Source: Macrostomum lignano
Lineage: Eukaryota
Length of the DNA stretch: 64,000 bases
Reading direction: 5' to 3'
Assembly (NCBI GenBank): GCA_002269645.1
Contig: NIVC01002224.1
Location: 1-64,000, forward strand
Shown: positions 37,165-48,899 of the stretch, in pieces
Layout: the number at the start of each line of letters is the position of its first letter
Numbering within the stretch: the stretch's first letter is position 1
Notes under the pieces: generated by a model
Databases searched by the model: none
The model's input: only the letters and a program-made list of their open reading frames with translations
Told to the model about the DNA's origin: nothing
Program-made: the position numbers and the translations under genes

Positions 37165-37770
37165 CAGATAAGAGAAGAAAAAGAAAAGAGATTTCAAGAA
37201 GAGAAAAGAGATAATAGAAAAGTCGTAAATATTATAGAGGAGAGATTAAAGATGACAGAGGAGAGATAAGGGAAGTGAGGTGAGAATGAAGAGGGATAGA
37301 GAAGAGAAGAAAATGTAGAAGGAAGAAGGGAGAGGAGAGAGGAAGGATGTGAGAGCAGAGGAGAGAAGAAAGATGAGAGATGAAAAAGTAAAGGGTAAAG
37401 AGATATGAGACATGAGGGCAGAAAGGAGAGGGAAAAGAAAAGAGAGAGAGACATGGTAGAGGAGAGAATAGATAAGAGATAAGAGATGAAAGAAAGAGAC
37501 AAAAGAAGAGAGGTGAGGCAACGAGAAAGAAGCAAAATCAGAAGAGAGGCAAGAAAAGGGGAGAGAGAAGAGAAGAGAAGGAGGAAAGAGAAAAGAGGAG
37601 AGATGAGATAGGGGAGAGGAGAGTAGAGATAAGAGAGGAGAGAGGTAAGAAGAAAGAGGGAGTAGAGCCAAAAGATGAGAGAGAAGAGATAAGAGAGTAG
37701 ATATGAGGGGGGAGAGAGAAGAGAGAAGCGAGATAAGAGGGCAGAGAAGAGAGAAGATGAGAGAAGAAAA
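37165..37770 (+). repeat. Degenerate GA-rich polypurine tract
   Basis: Seen directly. Confidence 0.85.
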
Positions 37771-38444
37771 GTTTGTTATATAACTTTTTTTATTTATCCA
37801 TTCCTAGGTCTGCCATTGTAAGTATTATAGTTGAATATCTAAAATGTAATAGTTTTGGAAAAACAGATAAAAGCCTATAGAAATGGAAGTTTTATATGGA
37901 ATGGAAATAAGTTGCCAAATAAAATTTTAAGTTGATTTGTAAGAGATAAAAGAGGTTAGATGGGATACTGTAAATTTTGGATTCTAACCTCTAAAATTCT
38001 CTAAAATCTTTAAAATTTTGGAGAATAGACATACATTATATAGAAAGTTTTTCTATTTTCACTACTAATTAAGTAGCAAAGTTTGTTCACTTCAATCCAC
38101 ATATACTAAATGTCTTACATAAAAATATTTGCTTTCATTATGTGTTTTAGCTGTAATAATTTGCACTAACTGATTATGTATGACCAATAGGATGTACTGT
38201 ATGCATTGAGTAATTGTAGGTATCTAATTGCATATTATTAAATGAATATAGCCATCTATATTCTATTAAGGACGTGGCCTATATATAAAATATAGAATTT
38301 TATCCATGCATGCAATTTGCTTTGATTACAACAATGATGCTAATCGCCATTAATCGCATGGGCAATATAGAGAGAGTCTCAAGCCACCTGGAAACTGGAC
38401 CAAATAGAGACTCATAAATATCGATACTAATAAACGTTAAAATC

Positions 38445-41400
38445 ATGGCCGATGACACAGCTGACGGAGCTGTGGGTAGCAAAGATGGCAGCCGGAACAG
38501 TTCTGATTGGCCAGCACCAGCCGGAGGGGTTGAGCTTGTCCGTATTGGCCAGCGCGATTCCCTGACAGTATTTGATGGCAGCAGTGCTTTAAGCAGTGGC
38601 TCAGTAGCCGCCGCTAATGATAGTCCACTGCGTAGGAATCAGTACTTGGCTCAGACTAGTTCGAATGGTCGAATGAAGAAAATTGATTTTGTGCTCACTT
38701 ATCATCAGAAGCATGACGACTCTGCAGTCGCCAGCGCTGGCATGGAGTCCAGCGAGCAGCGCGAGAATGAATTAAGAAATGCTCTTATTGATGCTCTACG
38801 CATTGAAGGTGTCGATATTGAAGCGCCTAGTAGTAGTGGTAGCAAAGATCTAACCAATGGCGACGATAGTAATGGAAATTATAACGGCGAAGATGATATT
38901 GTTGAGAATGGTGGAGACTCAAGTGAAACTAAAATTAAATATCTATTGTTGCACGCTACTTTTCCTCTGCTTGCTAGGTGAGTCAGATATAATTAGCATT
39001 CATACGGATATTATTGAGTTATTTTTAGTTGGATCTATGACTTATTGGCTTTATTCTTTCTGACAAAATGAATTGTCTTACCGAATCTCCTTTAGCTTCT
39101 TTCTAAGGAAATGTTCCATTCTTCAAGAATAATGATAAACCTTTTAATAACAATACCAAATCCTTTAAGTAAAATCTCAAATCCATAAAAAATAGCGTAA
39201 ATCCATCAAGAGCAATGCCAGATCTATCAAGAATAATGTCAAATCCTTGAAGAATATTGTAAAATCCTTAAGGAAGAATGTCAAATCCATCAAGTATAAT
39301 GTCGAATCCATCAAGTATAATGTCGAATCCATCAAGAATGTCAAATCCATCAGGAATGTCAAATCCATAAAAAATGTCAAATCCATCAAGAATGTGAAAT
39401 CCTTCAAGAAGAAAGTCAAATCCATCAAGAATGTCAAATCAGTTAAGAATAATGTTAAATCCATCAAATATAGTGGCCGATCCTAACCGGAGAAGCAGTG
39501 TAAAAATAATTTGAAATAGTTTCCAATTCACAGTGTCGTTTCTAAGTAGAGCGCAAATTCCTAGCTAAACAAGCTTATAAAAAAGTCAACCACAATAACG
39601 CAGATACGCCGAAGCCATCAAACTACAGATGCCGTTGCGCGATCAGAGCCTTGTCGATGATGCCAACGCGGCTGAAGGCACCCCAATAGATGTTGAGCAG
39701 GCTCAATTTGACTGCGCCCTGTGGCGCCTATTCCGACACTCCAGCGACAATGCCGGCGACAGGAACGACCTGTTTACGGCGCCGTTTCAAAAAGATCGAC
39801 CGGAAATGTTTGCCATGGGTGATCGCCCAGAGGATAGAGAAGATTTTTTTACTAGCGCTCAAAGATCATTACTGTTGCACACGGCTCTGGTGTCTCTGCC
39901 GGAGTTCAACCGGTGCGTCTCTACCGGAGCTATTAAAGAGGCCTATCCTCTGCACGACGGCAGTCACAAGCTGTCTGCGTCAGTGTCAAGCGCTCAGGTC
40001 ACTGGCTGCGACAATGACAGGCAGGAGCTGAATTTGCTGTGGGTTTCGGCTAGGAATTGGTATCGATTCCAACCGTTGATGCTCATTAGGCGGTACTTTG
40101 GCGAAAAGGTATGCTGTTGATATTATCGAATAATATTCATCACTGATTCACCTGTTCTGTCACATGTTCACCTATTTTATCACTGATTCACCTATTCAGT
40201 CACTAGTTCACCTATTTTATCACTGATTCACCTATTCAGTCACTAGTTCACCTATTTTATCACTGATTCACCTATTCAGTCACTAGTTCACCTATTTTAT
40301 CACTGATTCATCCAGTCTCTCTGATTTAGCCATAAGTTTTCGCTCTCATCAAACATCTTGAGGGTTGGTCGCTAAAGGTCCTGAGCCCTTGACCAATTCA
40401 CTCATTCATTTACTTTCAATTCACTTTTCGCCTAACTGTACTTTATGGTGAAGCTCAACTCCTCGTTGAATTCCACTTTTATTATTTAGGTCGCCATGTA
40501 CTTTGCTTGGCTAGGCGCCTACAATATGTGGCTGCTGCCAATCTCGGTGCTAGGCCTGGTGGCATTCATATACGGCATCGCAAGCGTCTGGTCAGATCAA
40601 ACTGTCAATCAAATTTGTGACGATAAAACTGGAGCCGGAAATTTGTTAATGTGCCCTGTGTGCGATCAGGCCTGCGACTATTGGAGGCTGAAGGAGAGCT
40701 GCGTGTACTCCAGAATTGTGCACGTGTTTGACAATAGCGCCTCTGTGCTGTATGCCGGCCTGGTTTCACTGTGGGCCACCTGCTTTCTGGAGTTCTGGAA
40801 ACGGCGTCAGTTTGTGCTGCAGTACCAGTGGGACGTGGCCACCTGCGAGTTGGATGAGGTTTGGCTCTTTCGCTTGGCTTTGTTGTACGCTTTTTGTCGC
40901 GCCATTCTTAGAAGTCCAAATTTTTGGCGCCAATTCTTAAGACCCCATTTGTTTTTGGCGCCATTCTTAGTAGGCCATGTGGTTTGTGGCGCCATTTTTA
41001 GGAGACCATGTTGTTTGTGGCGCCATCCTTAGTATACCATGTTGTTTGTGGCGCCATCCTTAGTATACCATGTTGTTTGTGGCGCCATCCTTAGTAGGCC
41101 ATGTGGTTTGTGGCGCCATCCTTAGTAGGCGATGTTTTTTGCGGCGCTATTCTTATTAACCAATCACACCCCAACAGCAACTGAGACGAACAGCAAGCAG
41201 GCAAAGGTCTATGGCCCGAAGCAGCGCGAGAGGTGGGGAAAGCGACCCCAACCCCGAAAAAAGGAGGAGAAAAGGAGAGAACAGGAAAATAAAAGCAAGG
41301 AGGCAGCAAAAGTAAGCGAAGCCAGGCCACAAACGCCAAGGTAAAACGCCAAAGGGTCAAAAAAACGAGCGAGTAAGCAGTCAAGAGTCCAGGCAGGCAG

Positions 41401-44400
41401 CAACCCGCCTAGCTGCTGCCCGACGGCAGGCAAAGGACGCCTCACCAAAGAAATACCGAAAGACGCAGTCTGAACGCCAGTCGCCCATGCCTAGGACAGA
41501 AAACAGGGACTGTTACGCGTAGATTTGATTCTCGCGCAGATGTGTTGCTAGTGCGGAAGCGGGACAGATAAGCAGGCATTCGGAGGCCTGCGGCAGAAAA
41601 ACTTCTAGTTGCCGCTCCTTGAATTGGTTTGTCTTTGACCTGTTGAGCATCAGCCGCAGACCACCGGGGCACGCTGATAGGCAGCTCCCGGGAAGAGCGT
41701 CCGCAGCGGTGGATGGTAAGAGCTCGCCGAGCCTAAGGACTTCCCACCAGGCCACCAGCAATGCTGCCTTGAAGGCGGCCAGCAGACGGGGCGGCAGCGA
41801 ATGACGTAGCTCGGTGGAGCTGCAGAGCAGGCGGAGGTGGCTGGGCTTCAGCGGCGTCGCACGCCGAGGCAGCCGGCTCAGAAGACGCCGAGCCCTGCGA
41901 CACACGAGAGCCAGGCGAGCGCTGCCCTTGGTCAGGTCTGGCGACGCGGAAGCCCTATGTAGGAAAGACACCGCGCTGAGGCTTGACTGCACACTGGAGT
42001 AGGACGCCGGTCCACGTTGTAACAGAAACGAGACAAATTGGCAGACATCAGACTCGGAGGCGGCGGTCGCGGGAATTCGACGCTGCCGGCAGAATTCGTT
42101 TAAGACTTGTAAGTGGCTCGCATAGGACTTCCTGGAACTAGGCGCTAGTGACAGGCGGCACAGAGCAGACACAGACACGGTGGAGCGGAGCGGAGCGCGG
42201 CTGCGACCTGTGAATGAAGAGCGGTGCGAGACACGGCAGAAATGGTGTGGGAAGCAAATTCGATAGGGCAAATGCATAAAGAGCCGTGAAGACGGCAGCA
42301 AAAATTAATGAGCTCTCTGCTCGAGCCCCCCATTCTAGAAGCGGAGTCGCTCAGCAGCTGCATCTGGCCAGGAAGGTGGAACGCCTGGAGCTGAATTCCC
42401 GACGTGAGGCACACGAGAGCAACGGTCTGATAAATGCGAATGAGCAGAGGATGCCGACAGGACAGCTTATTGACCATGCCGACGGCAGCAGTGCTATCCG
42501 AGTAAATCACCACGCGGCTGTTCCTAAGCTGCTCGCGGAGGTGCAGGATGGTAAGCAGCTGAGCCAGCGCCTCCTTGTGGTTGATGTGAAGGTCGCGGAA
42601 CTTGCTCTCGAAGTCCTTCTCCCAGTTGAAGTACGTCCAGTCATTGAATTCGCTGCCAAAGACGATGCCAGCAGCACCCTCGCAACTGCTATCAGATTCG
42701 ATGGCCACAAGTTGACGAAAACCAGGGCGAATGACCGTCGGCGGCAGAGAACTCACGACGCGCAGCCACCAGAAGAAGAGGTTGCGAAGCTCAGATGGCA
42801 GCCGGGTGTCCATTCTGTAGCTGAGGATGTCGAGGAGTGGGCGCAGGAAAGGATGCAAAAGCCTGTTGATCTGGCTGAGCCAGCACAACTTGCCGGCCAG
42901 TTTTTCGAGCTGCTTCAGCTTAACAACGTCACGTGACAGGCAATCGTTCAGCAGTTTCCGAATGTCGTCTTTCTTGTTCATTCGAAGTGACAGAGTGCCG
43001 TTCACAGTGCCAAAAAGGACGCCAAGAAACACAACGTGTTGAGCTGGAGCCACGGTCTTCTGCCAGTTGATGTCGAAGCCTAAGTTCTGCAGCAGATCAA
43101 CGAGATAATTGAAGGCCTCCTGGGCCGCTTCTTCAGTATCAGCGGCTACTGCCCAGTCGTCCAAGTAGTTGACGGTAGCTGTGAAGCCAATGCTGAGCAT
43201 GTGGCGCTTGATGCAGGCCGATAAGCGATGGAAAATTTCACATGACGCTCGAGCACCAAAGGGCAACCGAATGTCAACGAGCACCGAGTCATCGCTGTCG
43301 GCAGCAAACCGCCAGCTGAGGCCCGTGAGCACCTGGTCGTCTGGGTGAATACCGACAGAACGATAGGCCTGTTTGAGGTCGATTTTGCCGATAAACGAGC
43401 TTGGGCGAAGATAGCGGGTCAGGTCTTGGACAGAGGCGAAGCGCAGCCCCTTTCCCTGCTCATAGCTGTCGTTGACGGAGGACCCCGAAGGTCTAGAAAG
43501 GTCATGAATGACCCAGACACTGCCGTCAGATTTTGAAATCGCCCCGATGGCGTTCACCATGACAGGACCATTGGCAAGCTGCAGGCGGCCGAGACGGAGC
43601 TCCTCGGCGAGCTGTTCATCAACCTGCTTGGCTTGGTCCAAGGCTGAGCGGTAGTTGGCGGAGCAGGCAAGAGAAGGCGGCGACCTATTGACGAGCCGAA
43701 AGCCGTAACTAAGGCCACTGCGAAGAAAATTTTCGTCTTGGTCACCCAGAAGCAGCGGCTCCCAGGCGGCAAGGTTCATGTCGGACGACAGAGAGCGGCG
43801 CGGAGGAGAGAGCAGGGTTGGAGCTGGGCAATGAGCAGAGGGAGGCAAGATAAAAGGCGATGGCGAACGGGGGTTAAAAGCAGGGCGGCTATAAAAGATC
43901 TAGTTTTTGCTCCCTCCACAGCGTCGCCGCCGACGCTGGCCGGACGGTGCTGTGCGCGGGTTGCGGCGGCCGCAGTCGCGCAGCTTGCAGACGTGACGGT
44001 ACCTACAGGAGGACCGCTGGCAGCCGGCAGGGGAGTTGTAGCTTAGGCAGATGGGAGCTTGCAACTGGTTGGATGCTGGCCTGCTCAGGGTGACTTTTAA
44101 GTTTCTTGGTGCGTTAAGGTGTCGGTGGTACAGCTGTGGAGGCTCGCGGCCCCATCGATGCGAATCCGAGTCTGCGATCAACTTTCTGTAATCCTCATCG
44201 AATCCCACACGACACTTGGACTGTAGTTGGCGTCTAAGAGCTCGCCGATCTTCTGTGAGTACTCCAGATAGCCTTTTAGTTCGTCAACATTGACAGATCC
44301 ATCCTCATTCATGTGAATTAGCGACCCATCATCAACTAGTCAAAGCAAAATCTTAGAGTTCCCTGCAATCCACTGGCCGACAGAGATTTTCCCCAAGCTG

Positions 44401-47400
44401 GGTGGCTGCTTCTTAAAGACCAGGTTGCCGTTCTCCATGCAGGCTGTGAGGGCTCTCATTAGGTTGATTTGAACTGGGCTTGACAAAATCGCGAATCAGA
44501 TAAGCCCTGCGAGGCTTTTTGTCACACTGGCTTCTGCCGGGATCTGTAAGAGCGCCGCCTAACAAAAACGCCTCATGCAAGCCAGCATTTTCTCTCCGCT
44601 CACCTTGTTGTGGAGGTTCCTGAGACCGGTGATTCTGCGACTGATTGAGCTCGCTTTGCAGTTTGTGCGCGCGCGCCGAGTCAGGGCTTCAATCTCCAGC
44701 TGCTCGACCTCATTCCTCAGAGCCGCCAGGTCGCTCGTCGCGCTCCCTGAAGCTCCGTGTCCACCCGTCAAATGTCCGCCGTCGATGGTGTCTGAGTTGA
44801 GGCTTGCGTCGTGACTTTTTGCTGCAGCTGGATACTCAGACATAGCACGCAGGTGTCTGTGTAGACGCTCATAGAGTTGTTGTTTACGACCAGCTTGTGA
44901 GAGGCCTCGCTGAGCTAGCTCTTGTTTGAGCTGTTTAGTTGTAAAATTGCGTGCACTTTTCAAGATGTTAAAAATTTTGAGTTGCAAAGCCAAAGCGAGC
45001 GACGGGGCACAGAGGGCGGCTTGCATATAAATAAGCGGATGAGCAAACCCCTCCCCACCCCACGGGGGGGGGGGTAGAGAGGACTGCGCACAAAGGCGGC
45101 ACAATGTACAGCGCGAGAGGTGGATAGCTAACACTCCAGGCTAACATTTCACCCCAGGCTCACAAAAGAGCCTAAGAGAAATAGTTGGCAATAGGCCATG
45201 TTGTTTGTGGCGCCTTTCTTAATAGTCCATTGTGTTAATGTTAATTGTGGCCGCTATTCTTATGAGGTTATGTGTTTTTGGCGCCATTCTTATAGGAGGC
45301 CATGTTGTTTGTGGCTCCATTATAAACCATGTTGTTGTGGCGCCATTATTAGTAGGCTATGTTGTATGTGCGCCATTCTTAGTTATGTGTATTGTGGCGC
45401 CATTCTTAGTAGGACCGTGTGATTTGTGACGCCCATTTTTAGTAGGCTTGTTTGTGCGCCATCCTTAGTAGGCCATGTTGTTTGTAGCGCCATCCTTAGT
45501 AGGCCATGTGGTTTGTGGCGCCATTCTTATAGGAGGCCATATCGTTTGTAGCGCTATTTTTAGGAGGCCATATCGTTTGTGGCGCTATTTTTAGGAGGCC
45601 ATGGGGTTTGTGCCGCCATTCTTATAAAATCATGTGGTTTGTGGCGCCATTCTTATAAAATCATGTGGTTTGTGGCGCCATTCTTATAAAATCAGGTGGT
45701 TTGTGGCGCCATTCTTATAAATCATGTTTTGATGCCTGTTTCTAAGAATTGTCTGCTTCTCTTTCTAAGAAACTCTGACGTACATATTTCGCTCTCGCCA
45801 GGTGCCTCGGCCTGAGTACACCAAATTGCACGCGCTGTTACGCGGGTCACGCTACTGCTTCAGCATGGTCACCGTCGTGTTCATGGTGGCCCTTGTGCTA
45901 GCCGTATTAGTCGGGGTGATCACCTATCGCGTTGCTATGCTAGTGGTGTTCTCCTCAATCTCCGGCCTTGGCGTGTTCATGAGTAACCTGCGGCTAATCA
46001 CTACTGGCACTGCAGCTTGTATCAACTTTGTCTGCATTCTGCTGCTCAACCAGCTGTACAAGCGTCTGGCCATGTGGCTGACTAAACTGGAGCGACCTCG
46101 TACGGAGACTGACTTTGAGGATTCCTATACTATCAAGATGTACTGCTTTCAGTTTGTTAACTATTATTCGTCACTGTTTTATATCGCTTTTCTCAAAGGC
46201 TCGTTTGCTGGTAGGCCCGGAGATTATGCCAGGTAAGACTTGAATGTGAGATTTTCATGATTTCTGGGTGAGATTTTCTTGAGATTCTCATGATTTCTAG
46301 GTGTGAGATTTTTTTGAGATTCTCATGAGTTCTGGTGTGAGATTTTCTTTGAGATTCTCATGAGTTCTCGGTGTGAGATTTTATTGAGATTCTCATGAGT
46401 TCTGAGTGTGAGATTTTCTTGAGATTCTCAATTTCTGGGTGTGAGATTTTCATGAGTTTTGGCGTGAGATTTTGTTGAGATTCTCATGAGTTCTGGAAAT
46501 GAGATTTCTTGAGATAATGGAAAAAATTTAACGGGAAATTTTCACTGAAGATTTTGTGGGATTTTTGTGCTATTTTTTGATACTTCGCATATCAGATATG
46601 ATTGTAAGAACCCCTACGTACCTCATTAACCATGGCAACCACTTCAATCACCCAAAGGTTCCCAATGCTTGACGGTGTCCGTCTGGAAGAGTGCGACCCA
46701 GCTGGCTGCCAAGTGGAGCTGGTGGTCCAAATGCTCATCGTGTTCGTTGCTAAGCAACTGCTCAACTCCGCCACCGAGGTTGGTCCGCCTCTAATCCGTA
46801 GAATACTGGGCAGCCGCCGGCAGAAGCAGTGTGCAGCAGCCAATGCTGCGGACTCTAACAAGCCGCCCTGGCTGAAAGACCACTGCCTGACACCTGTTGA
46901 TCACCTGCAACTATTCGACGAATACCTGGAAATGGTGCTACAGTTCGGTTTTGTTGTGCTGTTTGTTGCCGCAATGCCGCTGGCCCCGCTGTTTGCCATG
47001 CTAAATAATGTCATTGAAATCCGGCTGGACGCTTGGAAAATGGTCGCCCTGATGCGTAGGCCGGTTGCTAGGCGGGCCAGAGACATTGGAGCCTGGTTCG
47101 GCATCCTTACCAGCATCAGCGCTCTGTCTGTAGTGACCAATGCTGTCATTGTTGGCTTCACATCCGAGCAGATACCCAAGCTGGTGTATCAGTTCACTGA
47201 TGGCAGAGGCAGTCTGGATGGCTACATGAGCTGGCGTCTGTCTCTGTTTAATGTGTCCGATTTCGAGACCCAGTCTGTCCCTAGAATAGCTGACAGTGCA
47301 GCTGAGGTAAACGTGACTCAATGCCGCTATCGGGACTTCCGTTATCCGCCTGACAGCGCTAACAGGTACGAGTACAGCACCGCTTACTGGCACGTGCTTG

Positions 47401-47564
47401 CCGCTAGGATGGCTTTTGTGCTGGTGTTTGAGCACTTTGTACTGGTGCTGAAGGCTCTGATTGATCTAGCTGTGCCAGACAAGCCTGGCGTGGTTAAAGA
47501 GGAGATGAAGCGAGAACGGGAGCTGCTGAGGAAGGCGCTGTTTACGCATGCTAAAACTAATTGA
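38445..47564 (+). CDS. Anoctamin/TMEM16 (ANO1-7-type Ca2+-activated channel/scramblase), 5 exons, ~914 aa
   Basis: Exons 38445-38977, 39604-40108, 40490-40858, 45802-46232 and 46658-47564. Motifs: IDFVL, [118 protein letters not shown]. 2745 nt in frame. Confidence 0.95.
39175..39475 (+). repeat. 18/21-bp minisatellite (AATGTCAAATCCATCAAG[AAT])n in anoctamin intron 1
   Basis: Seen directly. Confidence 0.88.
40140..40312 (+). repeat. 20-bp unit / 40-bp dimer minisatellite in anoctamin intron 2
   Basis: CACTGATTCA recurs at 40141, 40181, 40221, 40261 and 40301. Confidence 0.92.
41381..42301 (-). pseudogene. Tyrosine recombinase ORF of the element; in-frame stop and apparent loss of the HxxR segment
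   Basis: Reads ...CPASALATHLRENQIYA*QSLFSVLGMGDWRSDCVFRY...; the TAA at 41513-41515 is followed by the same frame carrying the GxW and catalytic Tyr motifs. Confidence 0.8.
42145..43848 (-). CDS. Reverse transcriptase/RNase H ORF of the DIRS/Ngaro-like element
   Basis: Open 567-aa frame with IHDLS, KIDLKQAYR, LPFG, YLDD, FLGV and RNase H acidic residues. Confidence 0.88.
   Translation of the reverse strand: MPPSAHCPAPTLLSPPRRSLSSDMNLAAWEPLLLGDQDENFLRSGLSYGFRLVNRSPPSLACSANYRSALDQAKQVDEQLAEELRLGRLQLANGPVMVNAIGAISKSDGSVWVIHDLSRPSGSSVNDSYEQGKGLRFASVQDLTRYLRPSSFIGKIDLKQAYRSVGIHPDDQVLTGLSWRFAADSDDSVLVDIRLPFGARASCEIFHRLSACIKRHMLSIGFTATVNYLDDWAVAADTEEAAQEAFNYLVDLLQNLGFDINWQKTVAPAQHVVFLGVLFGTVNGTLSLRMNKKDDIRKLLNDCLSRDVVKLKQLEKLAGKLCWLSQINRLLHPFLRPLLDILSYRMDTRLPSELRNLFFWWLRVVSSLPPTVIRPGFRQLVAIESDSSCEGAAGIVFGSEFNDWTYFNWEKDFESKFRDLHINHKEALAQLLTILHLREQLRNSRVVIYSDSTAAVGMVNKLSCRHPLLIRIYQTVALVCLTSGIQLQAFHLPGQMQLLSDSASRMGGSSRELINFCCRLHGSLCICPIEFASHTISAVSRTALHSQVAAALRSAPPCLCLLCAACH
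43900..45026 (-). pseudogene. gag-like ORF1 of the element, broken by frameshifts and a stop; N-terminal SAP domain and C-terminal CCCH-type finger
   Basis: Pieces in different frames: NFTTKQLKQELAQRGLSQAGRKQQLYERL; YLIRDFV; ISVGQWIAGNSKILL*...YSQKIGELL; FDEDYRK...WG...CLSYNSPAGCQRSSCRYRHVC. Confidence 0.75.
46245..46515 (+). repeat. ~33-35-bp minisatellite (GAGATTTTCTTGAGATTCTCATGAGTTCTGGTGT)n in anoctamin intron 4
   Basis: Degenerate tandem copies. Confidence 0.88.
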
Positions 47565-47689
47565 CCATTTTTTGTGATAATTTGAGCAAATTTTTAACCT
47601 TTTTTTCACCTGGTATCAATCTATTATCTATCTCAGAGTTCTTAACTCTCACATAAATCTGCAACTAATTTCAAATCCCTAAATCAGTT

Positions 47690-48242
47690 ACCTAAACTGA
47701 TCCCAAATCCCATAATTATTTAGTCTCTAAACTGATCCCAAATCCCATAATTATTCAGTCCCTAAACTGATCCCAAATCCCATAATTATTCAATCCCTAA
47801 ACTGATCCCAAATCCCATAATTATTTAGTCCCTAAACTGATCCCAAATCCCATAATTATTCAGTCCCTAAACTGATCCCAAATCCCATAATTATTTAGTC
47901 TCTAAACTGATCCCAAATCCCATAATTATTTAGTCTCTAAACTGATCCCAAATCCCATAATTATTTAGTCTCTAAACTGATCCCAAATCCCATAATTATT
48001 TAGTCTCTAAACTGATCCCAAATCCCATAATTATTTAGTCTCTAAGCTGATCCCAAATCCCATAATTATTTAGTCTCTAAGCTGATCCAAAATCCCATAA
48101 TTATTTAGTCTCTAAGCTGATCCCAAATCCCATAATTATTCAGCCCCTAAACTGATCCCAAATCCCATAGTTATTTAGTCCCTAAACTGATCCCAAATCC
48201 TATAATTATTTAGTCTCTAAGCTGATCCCAAATCCCATAATT
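47690..48242 (+). repeat. 35-bp minisatellite (CTAAACTGATCCCAAATCCCATAATTATTTAGTCT)n in the anoctamin 3' region
   Basis: Period of 35 bp seen directly. Confidence 0.95.
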
Positions 48243-48899
48243 GCCTTAATCTAAGACCTGAGGTTTGCACGCTGTATTGCCACAATTTTAAACGGTATTT
48301 TCGTCTGTAATCGATAGTATTTAGATGTGTTTTAACATTATTTTACTAATTATTTGGTTGAAAATGGTTTACAAATACTTGAATGTACGCATACCAAAAC
48401 TGTTTTACAATTTTTTGTTAATGTTTACATGATGACGCAACATTCCTGAGCACCAGCTTCCGAACAAACTATATACATTTTTACCTGATATTTATTTGAC
48501 ATATTTATAACTTCTAAAATAACCAGAAATCTCAATTGTTATTATTTCTGTCTTGCGGTTTCCACAATCAATGAAATTTTCTTATAAATTATTGTTGTGG
48601 CCTAACTGTTAGCCGACTTTATTATTTTCATATCGACCAAACTAAATATTATATTATACTATAATCTGTTGTGTGCACAAAACAAAATTGTTTATTCACT
48701 GTTTTGCCAGACTTTTAAACACAATTTTTGTGTCATATTTAAATTATTGAGCCTTTTGTGTCTCAAATATATATAACGGTATACATTCACCAAACAGTTT
48801 TCTACTGCTACCTGTCGGCTTGTATCTCTCTGTTGCTTCTTTCATAAAAATTGATAAATGTTGAAAAAATGAACAGTTAACTTTTAATGTTGCTGAGCC

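Larger units (their letters stand above)
41156..45190 (-). mobile_element. DIRS-order (Ngaro-like) tyrosine-recombinase retrotransposon, decayed, antisense in anoctamin intron 3
   Basis: gag-like region (SAP domain, YLIRDFV, CCCH finger), RT/RNase H (KIDLKQAYR, YLDD, ESDSS...HINHKEALA...YSDS) and an overlapping tyrosine recombinase (LRLGEL, SKTNQ, CPASAL, GDWRS...Y). No TSD. Confidence 0.9.
40860..45725 (+). repeat. ~31-bp GGCGCC-core minisatellite (GTTTGTGGCGCCATCCTTAGTAGGCCATGTG)n, split into 40860-41155 and 45191-45725 by the retrotransposon
   Basis: The same unit occurs on both sides of the element. Confidence 0.9.

Noticed and set aside
42286-42936. 216-aa plus-strand ORF opposite the RT
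   Set aside because: Antisense shadow of a GC-rich coding region with no recognisable motif.
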